Shown in pieces: positions 1-9,846 of a DNA stretch of 64,000 nucleotides. How positions within the stretch are numbered: position 1 is the first letter of the stretch; the number at the start of each line of letters is the position of its first letter. The stretch is from Clostridiales bacterium (GTDB lineage: Bacteria; Bacillota; Clostridia; Oscillospirales; CAG-272). The translations under genes and the position numbers were made by a program. Location of the stretch: the NCBI GenBank assembly GCA_012519315.1, contig JAAYQM010000058.1:3062-67061 (forward strand). The letters run 5' to 3'. The notes beneath the pieces are model-generated. The model saw only the letters and a list, made by a program, of their open reading frames with translations, did not search any database and was not told where the DNA came from.

Positions 1-1
1 C

Positions 2-310
2 GACTTTTACGACTATGATACCAAATATGTAAAAAATATCTCCAGCTACTACATCCCGGCACGGATCGACGAGATTACCAGTGAAAAAATTCGCAGCTAC
101 GCAAAAAAAATCTACCGTATTCTCGGGTGCAAGGGGCTTTCCCGGGTAGACTTTTTTGTAAAGCATGATAACGGCGACATCATCTTCAACGAAATAAACA
201 CCCTACCCGGCTTTACATCGATCAGCATGTATCCAAAATTGTTAATGCATGCAGGTCTTACTCTGCCCGAGATCATCGACCGCCTTATACAGCTCGCCAA
301 AAACCATTAA
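2..310 (+). CDS. ddl: D-alanine--D-alanine ligase, C-terminal fragment (5' end lies upstream of the window)
   Basis: The frame is open from the window edge: ...KIYRILGCKGLSRVDFFVKHDNGDIIFNEINTLPGFTSISMYPKLLMHAGL..., with stop TAA at 308-310. NEINTxPGFT is the typical ATP-grasp C-terminus of Ddl. murI follows. Confidence 0.85.
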   Translation, partial: DFYDYDTKYVKNISSYYIPARIDEITSEKIRSYAKKIYRILGCKGLSRVDFFVKHDNGDIIFNEINTLPGFTSISMYPKLLMHAGLTLPEIIDRLIQLAKNH

Positions 311-326
311 AGAAAGGAACATTCAC

Positions 327-1115
327 TTGATTGGTATATTTGACAGCGGCCTCGGCGGACTTACTGCCGTTAAGGAAATACGCCGACTTTTTCCGAATGA
401 GGGAATGATCTATTTCGGGGATACCGGTCGCGTCCCCTACGGAACCCGTTCGAAGGAAATTATCCGCAAATACGCCCTGCAGGATATGCGTTTTTTAATA
501 TCAAAATCCAAGGAGCTGTCGGCGGTCCTTGTTGCCTGCGGAACGGTCAGCTCGGTAGCATTGGATGCTCTGAAAGATAACTTTTCCATACCTATCATCG
601 GAGTTGTCAATCCGACGGCCGAGACAGCGGTGAAAACGACCAAAAACGGTATCATCGGCATCATCGGCACCAGCGCAACCATTAAAAGCGGTGCCTACGA
701 AAAGCGAATTACCGAACTCGCCCCGGCTGCCAAAACAGTTGGCATCCCCTGCCCCTTGCTTGTTCCCCTTGTGGAAAACGGATTTATCGCCCCTGACAAC
801 GAGGTCACTCGCCTCGTGGTCAAGCAATATCTCGCCCCCATCAAAGCCGCCGGGGCGGACACTCTGATTTTAGGTTGCACTCACTATCCGATTATTGCCG
901 GGATAATCGCCGCCGAAATACCCGGGGTTGCTCTGATCAATTCCGGGCTTGAGGCCGCCAAGACTCTCGCCCCCTATGTAAAAAATGATTCAAAGTGCGG
1001 TGATGTTCGCTATTTTGTCAGCGACAATCCTGATAACTTCAGCCATATCGCCTCTATATTCTTAGAGGAAAAAGCCGATATTGTTGCCGAAAAGGTTGAT
1101 ATAGAAAACTACTGA
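327..1115 (+). CDS. murI: Glutamate racemase
   Basis: Contains IGIFDSGLGGLTAVKEI, LVACGTVSS and LILGCTHYP (the two catalytic Cys motifs). The ORF-track ATG at 249 overlaps ddl. TTG at 327 follows AAAGAAAGGAA, so the exact start is uncertain. Confidence 0.9.
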   Translation: MIGIFDSGLGGLTAVKEIRRLFPNEGMIYFGDTGRVPYGTRSKEIIRKYALQDMRFLISKSKELSAVLVACGTVSSVALDALKDNFSIPIIGVVNPTAETAVKTTKNGIIGIIGTSATIKSGAYEKRITELAPAAKTVGIPCPLLVPLVENGFIAPDNEVTRLVVKQYLAPIKAAGADTLILGCTHYPIIAGIIAAEIPGVALINSGLEAAKTLAPYVKNDSKCGDVRYFVSDNPDNFSHIASIFLEEKADIVAEKVDIENY

Positions 1116-1142
1116 TACCCGAACTCTCGAAAGGACGCTGCA

Positions 1143-2390
1143 ATGAAAAACAAAGGTCTTCATGATATCTATTACAGATTCCCATCCGATTTTCCGCTCC
1201 CCTTCATTCTTGACGGGGCCACCGGAACAGCTCTGATGAAATCAGGAATGCCAAAGGGTGTGTCTACCGAAGAATGGGTGCTGGAACATCCCGACTCTAT
1301 CAAAAAGATTCAGAGAGAGTACATTCGTGCCGGCTCGGATGCAATCTACTCCCCCACCTTTGGGGCAAATCGCGCCGTCCTTTCCCGCCACGATATAAAA
1401 AAAGACGTCTCCGAAATAAACCGCTCCCTTCTTTCCCTATCAAAAGCAGCAGTAAAAGCCCAAGGCGAAAACTCCGGCAGCCGCTGCCGCATTGGCGGAG
1501 ATATGTCCCCTACAGGCTGCATGCTGGAACCTTTCGGCGATACTACCTTTGACGAAGTGGCAGATATCTATGCCGAACAGGCAGCCGCCCTCGCCGACGC
1601 CGGCGCCGATTTTATCTGCATTGAAACGGGAATTTCCCTACAGGAAGCAAGAGCTGCCGTCATCGGCACAAAATCGGTCACCGCTCTCCCTGTTTTTGTC
1701 ACCCTCACCTTTGACGAGACAGGACGGACAATGTCGGGAGATACTCTGGCCGCCGCTATTGTTACCCTCGCCAATCTCGGTGTTTGCGCCGTAGGAGCCA
1801 ACTGCTCAAGCGGACCGGAGGATATGCTGACCCTCCTTGCCCAGGCCGCAAAATATGGGGCGGCCTATGGTATTCCGCTGATCGCAAAGCCAAACGCCGG
1901 TATGCCTCATACCGATGATGAAGGAAACACCTCCTTCGATCTGTCTCCCGATGAGTTCGCCCCCTATACCAAGAAGTTCCTTGAGGCCGGCATCTTTGTT
2001 TTAGGCGGTTGCTGCGGCACCGATCACCGTTACATCTCTCTGATACGCAAGACGGCCGATCAGTTTGCCCTGACAGAAGCACCCGATTATTTACGAGAAG
2101 CACAAAATATCTCACCTGAATTTTTGGCGGCAAACAATCGAATTGTCTGCGATATTCGCCATGCAAAGAAAAACAAATCACCGATTGCAACCGACGACAG
2201 TTTTTTCGATGCCGTCACAACAGCACAAGAGAACGGAATTGAGATTTTACACATCAATGTTACGCCCTCCGGCGCCGAAATCCTTATGGAAAACGAATTT
2301 TTTCTAAGTGTTCCGATAATGCTGTCCGGTGATGAGAAGGAGATTGCCATCATTTGCCGGAGATACAACGGACACCCCATAGTTTTATAA
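1143..2390 (+). CDS. Homocysteine S-methyltransferase family protein (MetH-N/YitJ-like domain plus about 110-aa C-terminal extension)
   Basis: Contains ILDGATGTALMKSGMP, GANCSSGPEDM and LGGCCGTDHRYI, the Zn/homocysteine-binding Cys motifs of the S-methyltransferase domain. Confidence 0.75.
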   Translation: MKNKGLHDIYYRFPSDFPLPFILDGATGTALMKSGMPKGVSTEEWVLEHPDSIKKIQREYIRAGSDAIYSPTFGANRAVLSRHDIKKDVSEINRSLLSLSKAAVKAQGENSGSRCRIGGDMSPTGCMLEPFGDTTFDEVADIYAEQAAALADAGADFICIETGISLQEARAAVIGTKSVTALPVFVTLTFDETGRTMSGDTLAAAIVTLANLGVCAVGANCSSGPEDMLTLLAQAAKYGAAYGIPLIAKPNAGMPHTDDEGNTSFDLSPDEFAPYTKKFLEAGIFVLGGCCGTDHRYISLIRKTADQFALTEAPDYLREAQNISPEFLAANNRIVCDIRHAKKNKSPIATDDSFFDAVTTAQENGIEILHINVTPSGAEILMENEFFLSVPIMLSGDEKEIAIICRRYNGHPIVL

Positions 2391-2491
2391 ACAAAACAGT
2401 TTTTTTCAAAACAGCAATAAAAAAAGACCGCACAAGCGATCACATCTCAATATAAACTTAAAGTAAAACAGTGCCTCCCGGGCACCCTCGA

Positions 2492-2525
2492 ACCTGCCCT
2501 GTGTACATACCATGTACGGGCAGGT
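2492..2525. terminator. Hairpin between convergent genes (possible bidirectional terminator, no clean U-tract)
   Basis: ACCTGCCC...GGGCAGGT with an inner TGTACA-type pairing, lying between the 3' ends of 1143..2390(+) and 2550..2975(-). Confidence 0.35.
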
Positions 2526-2549
2526 TTAACATTCATTCATTAATTTCGT

Positions 2550-2975
2550 TTAATGAATAACATTGTTGTTGCTCATTTCCATAAAACGCACGTACGCCTC
2601 TTCAGGACTGGAAACATTGTTTTCAATCGATTCGGCCATACAGAGATCATGTGCGCCGCAACCTGGAACATGCTGATGCTGAACGCCGAACTCATATTCG
2701 ATCCCGTACTGATCCAACACCTTTGCTGCCGCGGGACTTATACTTGATGCATAAACCTTTTGCACACCGCCAAATGCAAGTAAATAAGCATGGGCCAGTC
2801 CAAGGGATCGGTCTGCAACCGTTGCACCGTTGAAAAAGTCTCTATCCTTTTTCAACCAGTTAAGAATTGGGCAAATGCCTTTTTCGTAAGAAATATGCAC
2901 CGCCTCATCACACACGACTACAAACTCGGCATTCCGTTTGGAAAGCAGTTTTTTTGCATTCGTTAATGAATTCAT
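2550..2975 (-). CDS. DUF1893 (TM1506-like) domain protein
   Basis: 141 aa. The overall pattern (...FVVVCDEAVHISYEKGICPILNWL...VADRSLGLAHAYLLAFGGVQKVYASSIS...) is recalled as the DUF1893 family. This is recognition by memory only. Confidence 0.45.
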   Translation of the reverse strand: MNSLTNAKKLLSKRNAEFVVVCDEAVHISYEKGICPILNWLKKDRDFFNGATVADRSLGLAHAYLLAFGGVQKVYASSISPAAAKVLDQYGIEYEFGVQHQHVPGCGAHDLCMAESIENNVSSPEEAYVRFMEMSNNNVIH

Positions 2976-3186
2976 ACTTCCTCCGCGAAAAATGCTGTTG
3001 TTTATTATATAAACAGAGTCGTAAACAATACGCCTCCGGATATATTATAAGGCCCCGCCGCACCGGGTTAAGGTGTCGGCGGTTATTGATTTTATCGACT
3101 AATAGTAGTGTTTGCGTTTTTAAAAAGAATATTCCCCCAAGACTAAAACCCTCCAGAACTATTATATCAACATACCTGTCTGAAAA

Positions 3187-4404
3187 CTATAAGGAAATCA
3201 TATCAATAGGTCTGTCAGGGCGGATCTGAACCGTCTCAAGGGTTTGCATTGCCTCATCACACAACGCCTCAAAATCAAGCAGCTTTTCCTGGGCAAGAAC
3301 CTTTTTTAGTATAGGCTTTGTCCTGGGATGTTTGGGTGTAAAGACGGTACAACAATCCTCATAGGGAAGAATCGAAATGTCATATGTGTCAATCTGTCTC
3401 GAAATTCTTACAATTTCCTCCTTATCAAGACCGATACAAGGACGGAAAACAGGCATTGAAACTATGCTGTCCGTTACACTGATGGCCTCCATGGTCTGAC
3501 TGGCAACTTGTCCTAAGCTTTCGCCTGTAATAAGAGCGCCGCAACCAAGCTTCTCGGCCTGCCTTTCGGCCAGGGTCATCATAAACCTGCGAAGAATAAT
3601 CGTAAAATAGTCCTCCTCGCAGTTTCTCTTTATTTCCTCTTGTATTTTTGTCAGTGAAATTATGTGTACATATATACGCTCGCAATATTCGGACATCTTT
3701 TGCGCAAGGGAAAGAACCTTCAGTTTAGCTCGCTCGCTGGTGTAGGGGTAGCTTTCAAAATGAAGGGCATCAAGAACAACCCCTCTTTTCGCCATCATAA
3801 AGCCTGCGACAGGGCTGTCTATCCCCCCTGAAAGCAACAGAAGCCCCCGTCCTCCCGTCCCGACAGGAATACCGCCGGCGCCCCGCTGCTGTCCTGCGTG
3901 CACATAGGCAGAATCCTCCCGTATCTCGACTCTGACCACCACATCCGGGTTTGAAAGATCGACCTTAAGATGGGGCATGACTTCAAGCAAAACGCCGCCC
4001 ACCTCTGCCGATATCTCCGGCGAGATCATCGGAAATGTCTTGTCAGAGCGCTTCGCCTCAACCTTAAAGGTTTTCACCCTTGAAAGCTGCGCCGGCAAAT
4101 ACTTAGCGGCACAATCCTTGATCGACTCGATATTCTTTTCGGCGACCGCCGCACGGGCAACCCCCGCTATGCCAAAGACCTTCAAAACCGATTGATACAT
4201 TCCGTCGATATCCGGCTTATCATGACTGTCAGAGTCTTGATTTAAGGGTTTTATAAAGATCGTGCTTTGCGCACGGGAAATAGCAAAGTCGCCAAAGCGG
4301 CGCGCCCTGCGCTTAAGGGATTTTATAAGCATACCCTCAAAATTGGAACGATTTGCCCCCTTGAGAATAATTTCACCGTATTTGCAGAGTATAACTTCAT
4401 TCAT
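3187..4404 (-). CDS. thiI: tRNA 4-thiouridine(8) synthase ThiI
   Basis: N-terminal ferredoxin-like/THUMP pattern (LCKYGEIILKGANRSNFE) and PP-loop LLLLSGGIDSPVAG. Length is 405 aa. Confidence 0.9.
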   Translation of the reverse strand: MNEVILCKYGEIILKGANRSNFEGMLIKSLKRRARRFGDFAISRAQSTIFIKPLNQDSDSHDKPDIDGMYQSVLKVFGIAGVARAAVAEKNIESIKDCAAKYLPAQLSRVKTFKVEAKRSDKTFPMISPEISAEVGGVLLEVMPHLKVDLSNPDVVVRVEIREDSAYVHAGQQRGAGGIPVGTGGRGLLLLSGGIDSPVAGFMMAKRGVVLDALHFESYPYTSERAKLKVLSLAQKMSEYCERIYVHIISLTKIQEEIKRNCEEDYFTIILRRFMMTLAERQAEKLGCGALITGESLGQVASQTMEAISVTDSIVSMPVFRPCIGLDKEEIVRISRQIDTYDISILPYEDCCTVFTPKHPRTKPILKKVLAQEKLLDFEALCDEAMQTLETVQIRPDRPIDMISL

Positions 4405-4425
4405 AATAACAAGGTATGCCTTTCT

Positions 4426-5772
4426 TTATCTGATCTGACCGGAGCCGTCGATCAGATACTTCTCGGTAGTCAACGCCCTAAGCCCCATCGGCCCTCTTGC
4501 ATGAAGCTTTTGAGTGGATATGCCGATTTCCGCGCCAAATCCGAACTCGCCGCCGTCGGTAAAGCGCGTCGAGGCATTGACATAAACAGCGGCCGCATCA
4601 ACCTCCTGCTTAAACTTTTGTGCATTGTCAAGGGAGGCGGTAATGATGCCATCGCTATGTTTTGTATTATATTTGTTGATATGCGAAATTGCTTCGTCAA
4701 TAGAATCCACAATCCGCACAGCAAGGATATAGTCATTGTATTCGGTAGCATAGTCGGTCTCATCAGCCGTTTTTGCCTCCGGAATAATGGCACATGTGCG
4801 CCGGCAGCCGCGTATTTCTACATTATAGGGCGCAACAGAATCAGCAAACTTCGGCAAAAACGCATCGGCAGCCGCACTATGAACCAGCAGGGTTTCAATA
4901 GCATTGCAAACGGAGGGGCGGGAGACCTTAGCATTCTGAGCAACCCGAACTGCCATCTCTATATCAGCAAATTCATCAACATAAAGATGACAATTGCCGG
5001 CGCCCGTCTCAATAACAGGCATTTTCGCATTTTCAACAACAGCCCGTATAAGACCGGCTCCGCCACGGGGAATCAATACGTCAATGTGTTGCCGCATCGA
5101 CATTAAAATATTCGCCCCCTCCCGCTCGGTACGATCAATAAAGGAGAGGACATCGGGATTTATTCCCTCGGCGGCCAATGCCTCCCTCATCACCGAGACA
5201 AGAACGGTGTTCGTATTAAGCGCCTCTTTGCCCCCACGCAAAACAACGGCATTCCCTGTTTTAATGCAGAGTGCCGCCGCATCAACGGTCACATTGGGGC
5301 GGGCTTCATAAATAATGGCAATGACCCCTATAGGAACACGAACGCAGGATATTCCAAGTCCGTTCGGACGTACCCACCGTTCTCCCGAACCTATCGGATC
5401 GGGCAACCCGCACAGCTCCACAAGGGAGGCGGATATGGCGGCAAGTCTCTCCTCATTTAGTCTCAGGCGGTCGATCATAGTAACGGGCACTCCGTTTTGA
5501 CCGGCATTCTGTATATCCTTCTCGTTAGCTTCAAGGATGTCGGCGGTTTTATCAATAATCAATTGAGCAATACGCTTAAGAACAGCATTTTTGCGCTGAG
5601 TTCCCGCCTGAGCAATAGAAAATGCCGCAGCCTTTGTAGCCGCACAGATACCCTCGACATAGTTATAAAGCTCGCTTCTGTCTTTACTGTTCATATGACT
5701 AATAATCGGCATTGTCAGTCGCCAACCTATCCTTTCATGTTTTTCGCTGTCCTGAGATGACCCGTCCGCCAT
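4426..5772 (-). CDS. proA: Glutamate-5-semialdehyde dehydrogenase (gamma-glutamyl phosphate reductase)
   Basis: Aldehyde dehydrogenase-type motifs (IYEARPNVTVDA, VLRGGKEA, CNAIETLLVH). It lies 2 nt downstream of proB. Alternative starts at 5712 (MPIIS) or 5694 are possible. Confidence 0.9.
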   Translation of the reverse strand: MADGSSQDSEKHERIGWRLTMPIISHMNSKDRSELYNYVEGICAATKAAAFSIAQAGTQRKNAVLKRIAQLIIDKTADILEANEKDIQNAGQNGVPVTMIDRLRLNEERLAAISASLVELCGLPDPIGSGERWVRPNGLGISCVRVPIGVIAIIYEARPNVTVDAAALCIKTGNAVVLRGGKEALNTNTVLVSVMREALAAEGINPDVLSFIDRTEREGANILMSMRQHIDVLIPRGGAGLIRAVVENAKMPVIETGAGNCHLYVDEFADIEMAVRVAQNAKVSRPSVCNAIETLLVHSAAADAFLPKFADSVAPYNVEIRGCRRTCAIIPEAKTADETDYATEYNDYILAVRIVDSIDEAISHINKYNTKHSDGIITASLDNAQKFKQEVDAAAVYVNASTRFTDGGEFGFGAEIGISTQKLHARGPMGLRALTTEKYLIDGSGQIR

Positions 5773-5774
5773 AC

Positions 5775-6596
5775 TCAGACAGCTTTTGAGGAATTGCCTT
5801 TAGACAGCGCACAAAAATATGTGCCGGGGCATTTTCCCTCAATTATATCATAGAGAATCTCCGGGTCGGTTCCGTTCACGATAACCATCGGGATGCCCTT
5901 TTCGGCAACAATGGCGGCCGCCTTAATTTTCGTCACCATTCCTCCCGTTCCCCGTTCGGTTCCGGCACCGCCAGCATAGGAATAAATCGTATCGTCAATC
6001 TTTTCAACCCGGTCAATCTTTTTTGCATTGGGATTCTTACGGGGATCGCTGTCATAAAGTCCGTCAATATCGCTGAGATTGACCAAAAGATCCGCATGTG
6101 TCACAAGTGCGACATATGCCGAAAGGGTGTCATTCCCGCCAAAATTCAATTCCTCGGAAGATACCGAGTCATTTTCATTGACAATCGGTATGCACCCCAT
6201 GCCGATTAGCTGTTCAAAGGTGTTTTGCGCGGCAGCACGCCGGGTAAGGTCATCGAGCACGTCCTTTGTCATAAGAATTTGCCCGACGCAATAACCGTAT
6301 GATCCGAAAATTTGTTCGTATATCTTCATAAGCTGGCTTTGTCCGACCGCCGCCAGCGCCTGTTTTTCTTCGGCAGAGCGGGGGCGATGGGTAAGACCAA
6401 GCCGGGCAATTCCGGCACTGACAGCACCGGAGCTGACCAAAACAACCTCATGTCCTCTGTTTTTCAAATCGGACAAGGTTCTTGCAAGAACCTCTATCCG
6501 GTGTAAATTCAACTTACCTGTAGGGTGAGTCAAGGTGGAAGAGCCAATTTTTACGACAATTCGATGTAGATTCTGTGAAATATGTGAATTTTCCAT
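5775..6596 (-). CDS. proB: Glutamate 5-kinase (short form without PUA domain)
   Basis: Contains IVVKIGSSTLTH...VVLVSSGAVSAG...IPIVNENDSV...GGNDTLSA, the amino-acid kinase fold. Forms a proB-proA operon. Confidence 0.9.
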   Translation of the reverse strand: MENSHISQNLHRIVVKIGSSTLTHPTGKLNLHRIEVLARTLSDLKNRGHEVVLVSSGAVSAGIARLGLTHRPRSAEEKQALAAVGQSQLMKIYEQIFGSYGYCVGQILMTKDVLDDLTRRAAAQNTFEQLIGMGCIPIVNENDSVSSEELNFGGNDTLSAYVALVTHADLLVNLSDIDGLYDSDPRKNPNAKKIDRVEKIDDTIYSYAGGAGTERGTGGMVTKIKAAAIVAEKGIPMVIVNGTDPEILYDIIEGKCPGTYFCALSKGNSSKAV

Positions 6597-6776
6597 GTAA
6601 ACCGTTTTCTTTCAATAATATTATTTAAATTTTTCATTAAAAGTATTTCAAAGTGCATAAAAATATATTATAATATAATATGACTACAAATAATTATAAC
6701 GTGCTATCTGCAAAATTGCAAGTATAAACGCGTTTTTAATCTATTCAATTTTTCATTCCGAAAGGTGGGCATTTTT

Positions 6777-7115
6777 ATGAAAAATAAATACTCCATTGAA
6801 CTTGCCGACATTGTCATCAATATTCTCACCGAGGAAAGCGACGAATATGTTAAGGAAATAACCGAAATTACCAACGAACGTATCAAAAACATCATAACAA
6901 ACGGCGATCACGTCTCAAAAATTGAGGCTGCTCTTTTTTGTGCCCTCGATTATTGCAGTGATAAACATAAATTGCAAAAAAAGCTGACAAGCGCAGAGGC
7001 GCAAATTGCCCTCTATCTTGCAAGCATCAACCGGCTCCAGGCCGAAAATGACGAGTTGCGCGCCCGCCTTGAAGCAACCGAACAAAAAAACGACCGCAAG
7101 GAACAACAAAATTGA
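6777..7115 (+). CDS. zapA: Cell division protein ZapA-like
   Basis: Small coiled-coil protein (KYSIELADIVINILTEESDEYVKEI...ALFCALDYCSDKHK...AENDELRARLEA). The ATG at 6777 follows GAAAGGTGGG. The family call is by resemblance only. Confidence 0.55.
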   Translation: MKNKYSIELADIVINILTEESDEYVKEITEITNERIKNIITNGDHVSKIEAALFCALDYCSDKHKLQKKLTSAEAQIALYLASINRLQAENDELRARLEATEQKNDRKEQQN

Positions 7116-9190
7116 AAACACAAAACATCCCTGAACTGCTTGTACCTGCAGGCTCCCGCGCCTCCCTCGAAGCGGCTATCGAAGCGGGCGCCGACGCAGT
7201 TTACCTAGGCGGCGCCTCCTTCAACGCGCGAGCAGGCGCACAAAACTTTGACGGCGAAGGGTTGGCGGAGGCTGTTGCCCTTTGTCATGCCTACGGCATC
7301 AAGGTTTATGCCGCCTTAAATACGCTTGTTTTTGACAGGGAGCTGTACTCCGTCCTCTCCTATGCCGAATTTCTTTATCGGTGCGGAGTGGACGCTCTGA
7401 TTGTTGCCGATCTCGGTCTTTCCTCTCTCATACGAAGGTATCTGCCCGATCTCCCTCTCCATGCCAGTACACAAATGTCTGCTCATAACAGCGATGCCGG
7501 TCACATTCTCAAAGAATACGGTTTTTCCCGGATGGTCTGCGCCCGTGAGCTTTCTTATGACAACATAAAAAGTATCGTACAAAGCTCCCCCATTGAGATT
7601 GAAATATTCGTACACGGCGCTCTTTGCGTCTCCCACTCGGGTCAATGCCTTGCCAGCGCCATGATCGGACAGCGCAGCGGGAACCGCGGAGAGTGCGCCC
7701 AGCCCTGTCGCCTTCCTTGGCAAGGCTCTGCCGCCAAAAGAACCGAAAGATATCCCCTTAGCTTGCGGGATCTCTGCCTTGCCGGTCAGATTGATAAGCT
7801 TCTTCAGATAGGTGTGACTTCTCTAAAAATCGAGGGGCGCATGAAATCCCCCGAATACGTCTATCACGTCGTATCCACCTACCGCCGCCTCCTTGACGAA
7901 AGACGAAACGCCTCCCCCGAGGAAATCGGGTGGCTTGCCCGGGTTTTTTCAAGGGATGGTTTTACCGATCGGTATTTTACCGCAAAGCCGGATATAACAA
8001 TGCTGGGGATCCGCACCGAGGAGAACAAGCAAAAAAGCCGGTCAATTCCTCCCTTTGAGGGATTGCGCCGCAAGATTCCGATTACCTTTGATGCAGTCCT
8101 GTCGGTCGGGGAGCCGGCGCGTCTGCGCGCCACCGTCCGCGATCGGTTTGTTGAGGTTTTCGGGGATACGGTGGAGACGGCCGTCAATGCTCCCCTCGCT
8201 AAGGAAACAGTTATTCGCTGTCTGTCAAAGCTCGGACAAACACCCTATTCGGTAAATAAAGACAATATCAATATTTCCCTCGACGGAGGATCGATGCTGC
8301 GCATTTCCAGCCTAAATGCGCTAAGGCGCGCTGCCATCGAACAGCTCATTAAAACCGACGAGAAGAGAACAAATTTTAAGCTTCCGCCTCTGTCGGAAAA
8401 GGAAATTTTATCACTAAGCAACAACCCCGTCAATGAGGGCAGGCAAGCATCTGTCAAAACCGCTCAATTCATGTCACCGGCGCAAATACCGCCGGAGGCT
8501 GTCAGCTATTTTGATATTATTTATCTTCCGCTGGAGACATATATTACCGCACCGGACAACCTATATAAAGGTGTCATTCTCCCTCCCGTTATCTTTAACG
8601 ATGAAATTCGGCAAGTATCAAAAATGCTGAAATCCGCCGTGCAAAAGGGGGCGACCCATGCCCTTGTGGGCAATCTCGGTCACCTTTCTCTCGCACGTTG
8701 CCATAAGCTTATCTGCCATGGGGATTTTCGGCTCAACATTACCAACAGCTTGTCGGCGAAAGAAGCCGTTGAGGCAGGATTTACCGATGTAACCCTATCA
8801 CCTGAGCTTTCCCTGCCCCAAATCAGAGATATCCCGTTTCCGAAATCAACCATTATCTACGGGCGGGTTCCGCTTATGCTCCTCGAAAAATGCGTCATCA
8901 AGGACAATGCCTCCTGCACACTTTGCGCCGACGGCAGCTTTGAGCTGACAGACCGGCGGGGGATTAAGTTTCCGGTTGTGCGCTCCTTCAAGCATCGAAA
9001 TGTTTTGCTGAACAGCGTTCCTGTCTATATGGCGGACAGGGTAGAACTGCTTATAAAATACAATATCGGCGCCCATCATTTTATTTTTACCACAGAAACG
9101 AATGCCGAATGTCAGGAGATTATCCGAGCCTATAAGAAAGGGCTCCCGCCCAAGGCCGGCACTCATAACATAAGGCGACTTCACACCTAA
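7112..9190 (+). CDS. Peptidase U32 family protein (long form with C-terminal extension)
   Basis: Contains PELLVPAGSRASLEAAIEAGADAVYLGG, EIFVHGALCVSHSGQCLAS and RSGNRGECAQPCR, the U32 signature. The TTG start overlaps the zapA stop. Confidence 0.85.
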   Translation: MKTQNIPELLVPAGSRASLEAAIEAGADAVYLGGASFNARAGAQNFDGEGLAEAVALCHAYGIKVYAALNTLVFDRELYSVLSYAEFLYRCGVDALIVADLGLSSLIRRYLPDLPLHASTQMSAHNSDAGHILKEYGFSRMVCARELSYDNIKSIVQSSPIEIEIFVHGALCVSHSGQCLASAMIGQRSGNRGECAQPCRLPWQGSAAKRTERYPLSLRDLCLAGQIDKLLQIGVTSLKIEGRMKSPEYVYHVVSTYRRLLDERRNASPEEIGWLARVFSRDGFTDRYFTAKPDITMLGIRTEENKQKSRSIPPFEGLRRKIPITFDAVLSVGEPARLRATVRDRFVEVFGDTVETAVNAPLAKETVIRCLSKLGQTPYSVNKDNINISLDGGSMLRISSLNALRRAAIEQLIKTDEKRTNFKLPPLSEKEILSLSNNPVNEGRQASVKTAQFMSPAQIPPEAVSYFDIIYLPLETYITAPDNLYKGVILPPVIFNDEIRQVSKMLKSAVQKGATHALVGNLGHLSLARCHKLICHGDFRLNITNSLSAKEAVEAGFTDVTLSPELSLPQIRDIPFPKSTIIYGRVPLMLLEKCVIKDNASCTLCADGSFELTDRRGIKFPVVRSFKHRNVLLNSVPVYMADRVELLIKYNIGAHHFIFTTETNAECQEIIRAYKKGLPPKAGTHNIRRLHT

Positions 9191-9213
9191 TTCACTTCAT
9201 CGAAAGGAACACC

Positions 9214-9663
9214 ATGCACCCAATAAGAATCAAAATAAAGCGTCTCAGAAAGACGGCCATCATACCCGAATATGCTACAGAAGGGTCTGCCGCTCTCGAT
9301 CTTCACGCTGACGTCGATAAACCCATAACCATAAGCCCCGGCGAACGCGCTCTGATACCCACCGGCATTGCCATGGAACCGGAGAACCGCGGCGTGGTTG
9401 CTCTTCTTTGCGCCCGGAGCGGTCTTTCTACCAAACACGGTCTGGCTCTTGCCAACAGTGTCGGCGTCATCGACAGCGACTATCGCGGTGAAATCCTTGT
9501 CTCAATGATCAACAACGGAAGTCTGCCCTATTCGATAGAACCCGGTGAGCGAATTGCTCAGCTCTTGTTTATGCCGGTATTCCACGCCGAAATAATCAAG
9601 ACAGAAGCACTGAAGGAAACCCTTCGCGGTTCGGGCGGATTCGGGTCAACAGGCACAAAATAA
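9214..9663 (+). CDS. dut: dUTP diphosphatase
   Basis: Contains GSAALDLHA, GVIDSDYRGEI and RGSGGFGSTG, the Dut motifs. RBS is GAAAGGAA. Confidence 0.9.
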   Translation: MHPIRIKIKRLRKTAIIPEYATEGSAALDLHADVDKPITISPGERALIPTGIAMEPENRGVVALLCARSGLSTKHGLALANSVGVIDSDYRGEILVSMINNGSLPYSIEPGERIAQLLFMPVFHAEIIKTEALKETLRGSGGFGSTGTK

Positions 9664-9846
9664 ATTCATATCCATTTGCAATTAACAATATAGCAGAGCC
9701 TCTTATACTTTTAATGTCTTGTATAATAGAATTGCGCACTTTTCGGTCCAATTGTGAAATACAACACATTCTCTAGCAAAGATTAGACTATAAACATAGA
9801 TATTGTCCGGGTCAAGGCGACTCGGGAAGGGTAGGTATCACAGAAA

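Noticed and set aside
4267-5106. 279-aa ORF on the plus strand
   Set aside because: It is entirely antisense to proA, which has clear family motifs. It has no RBS and a low-complexity composition, so it is a shadow ORF.
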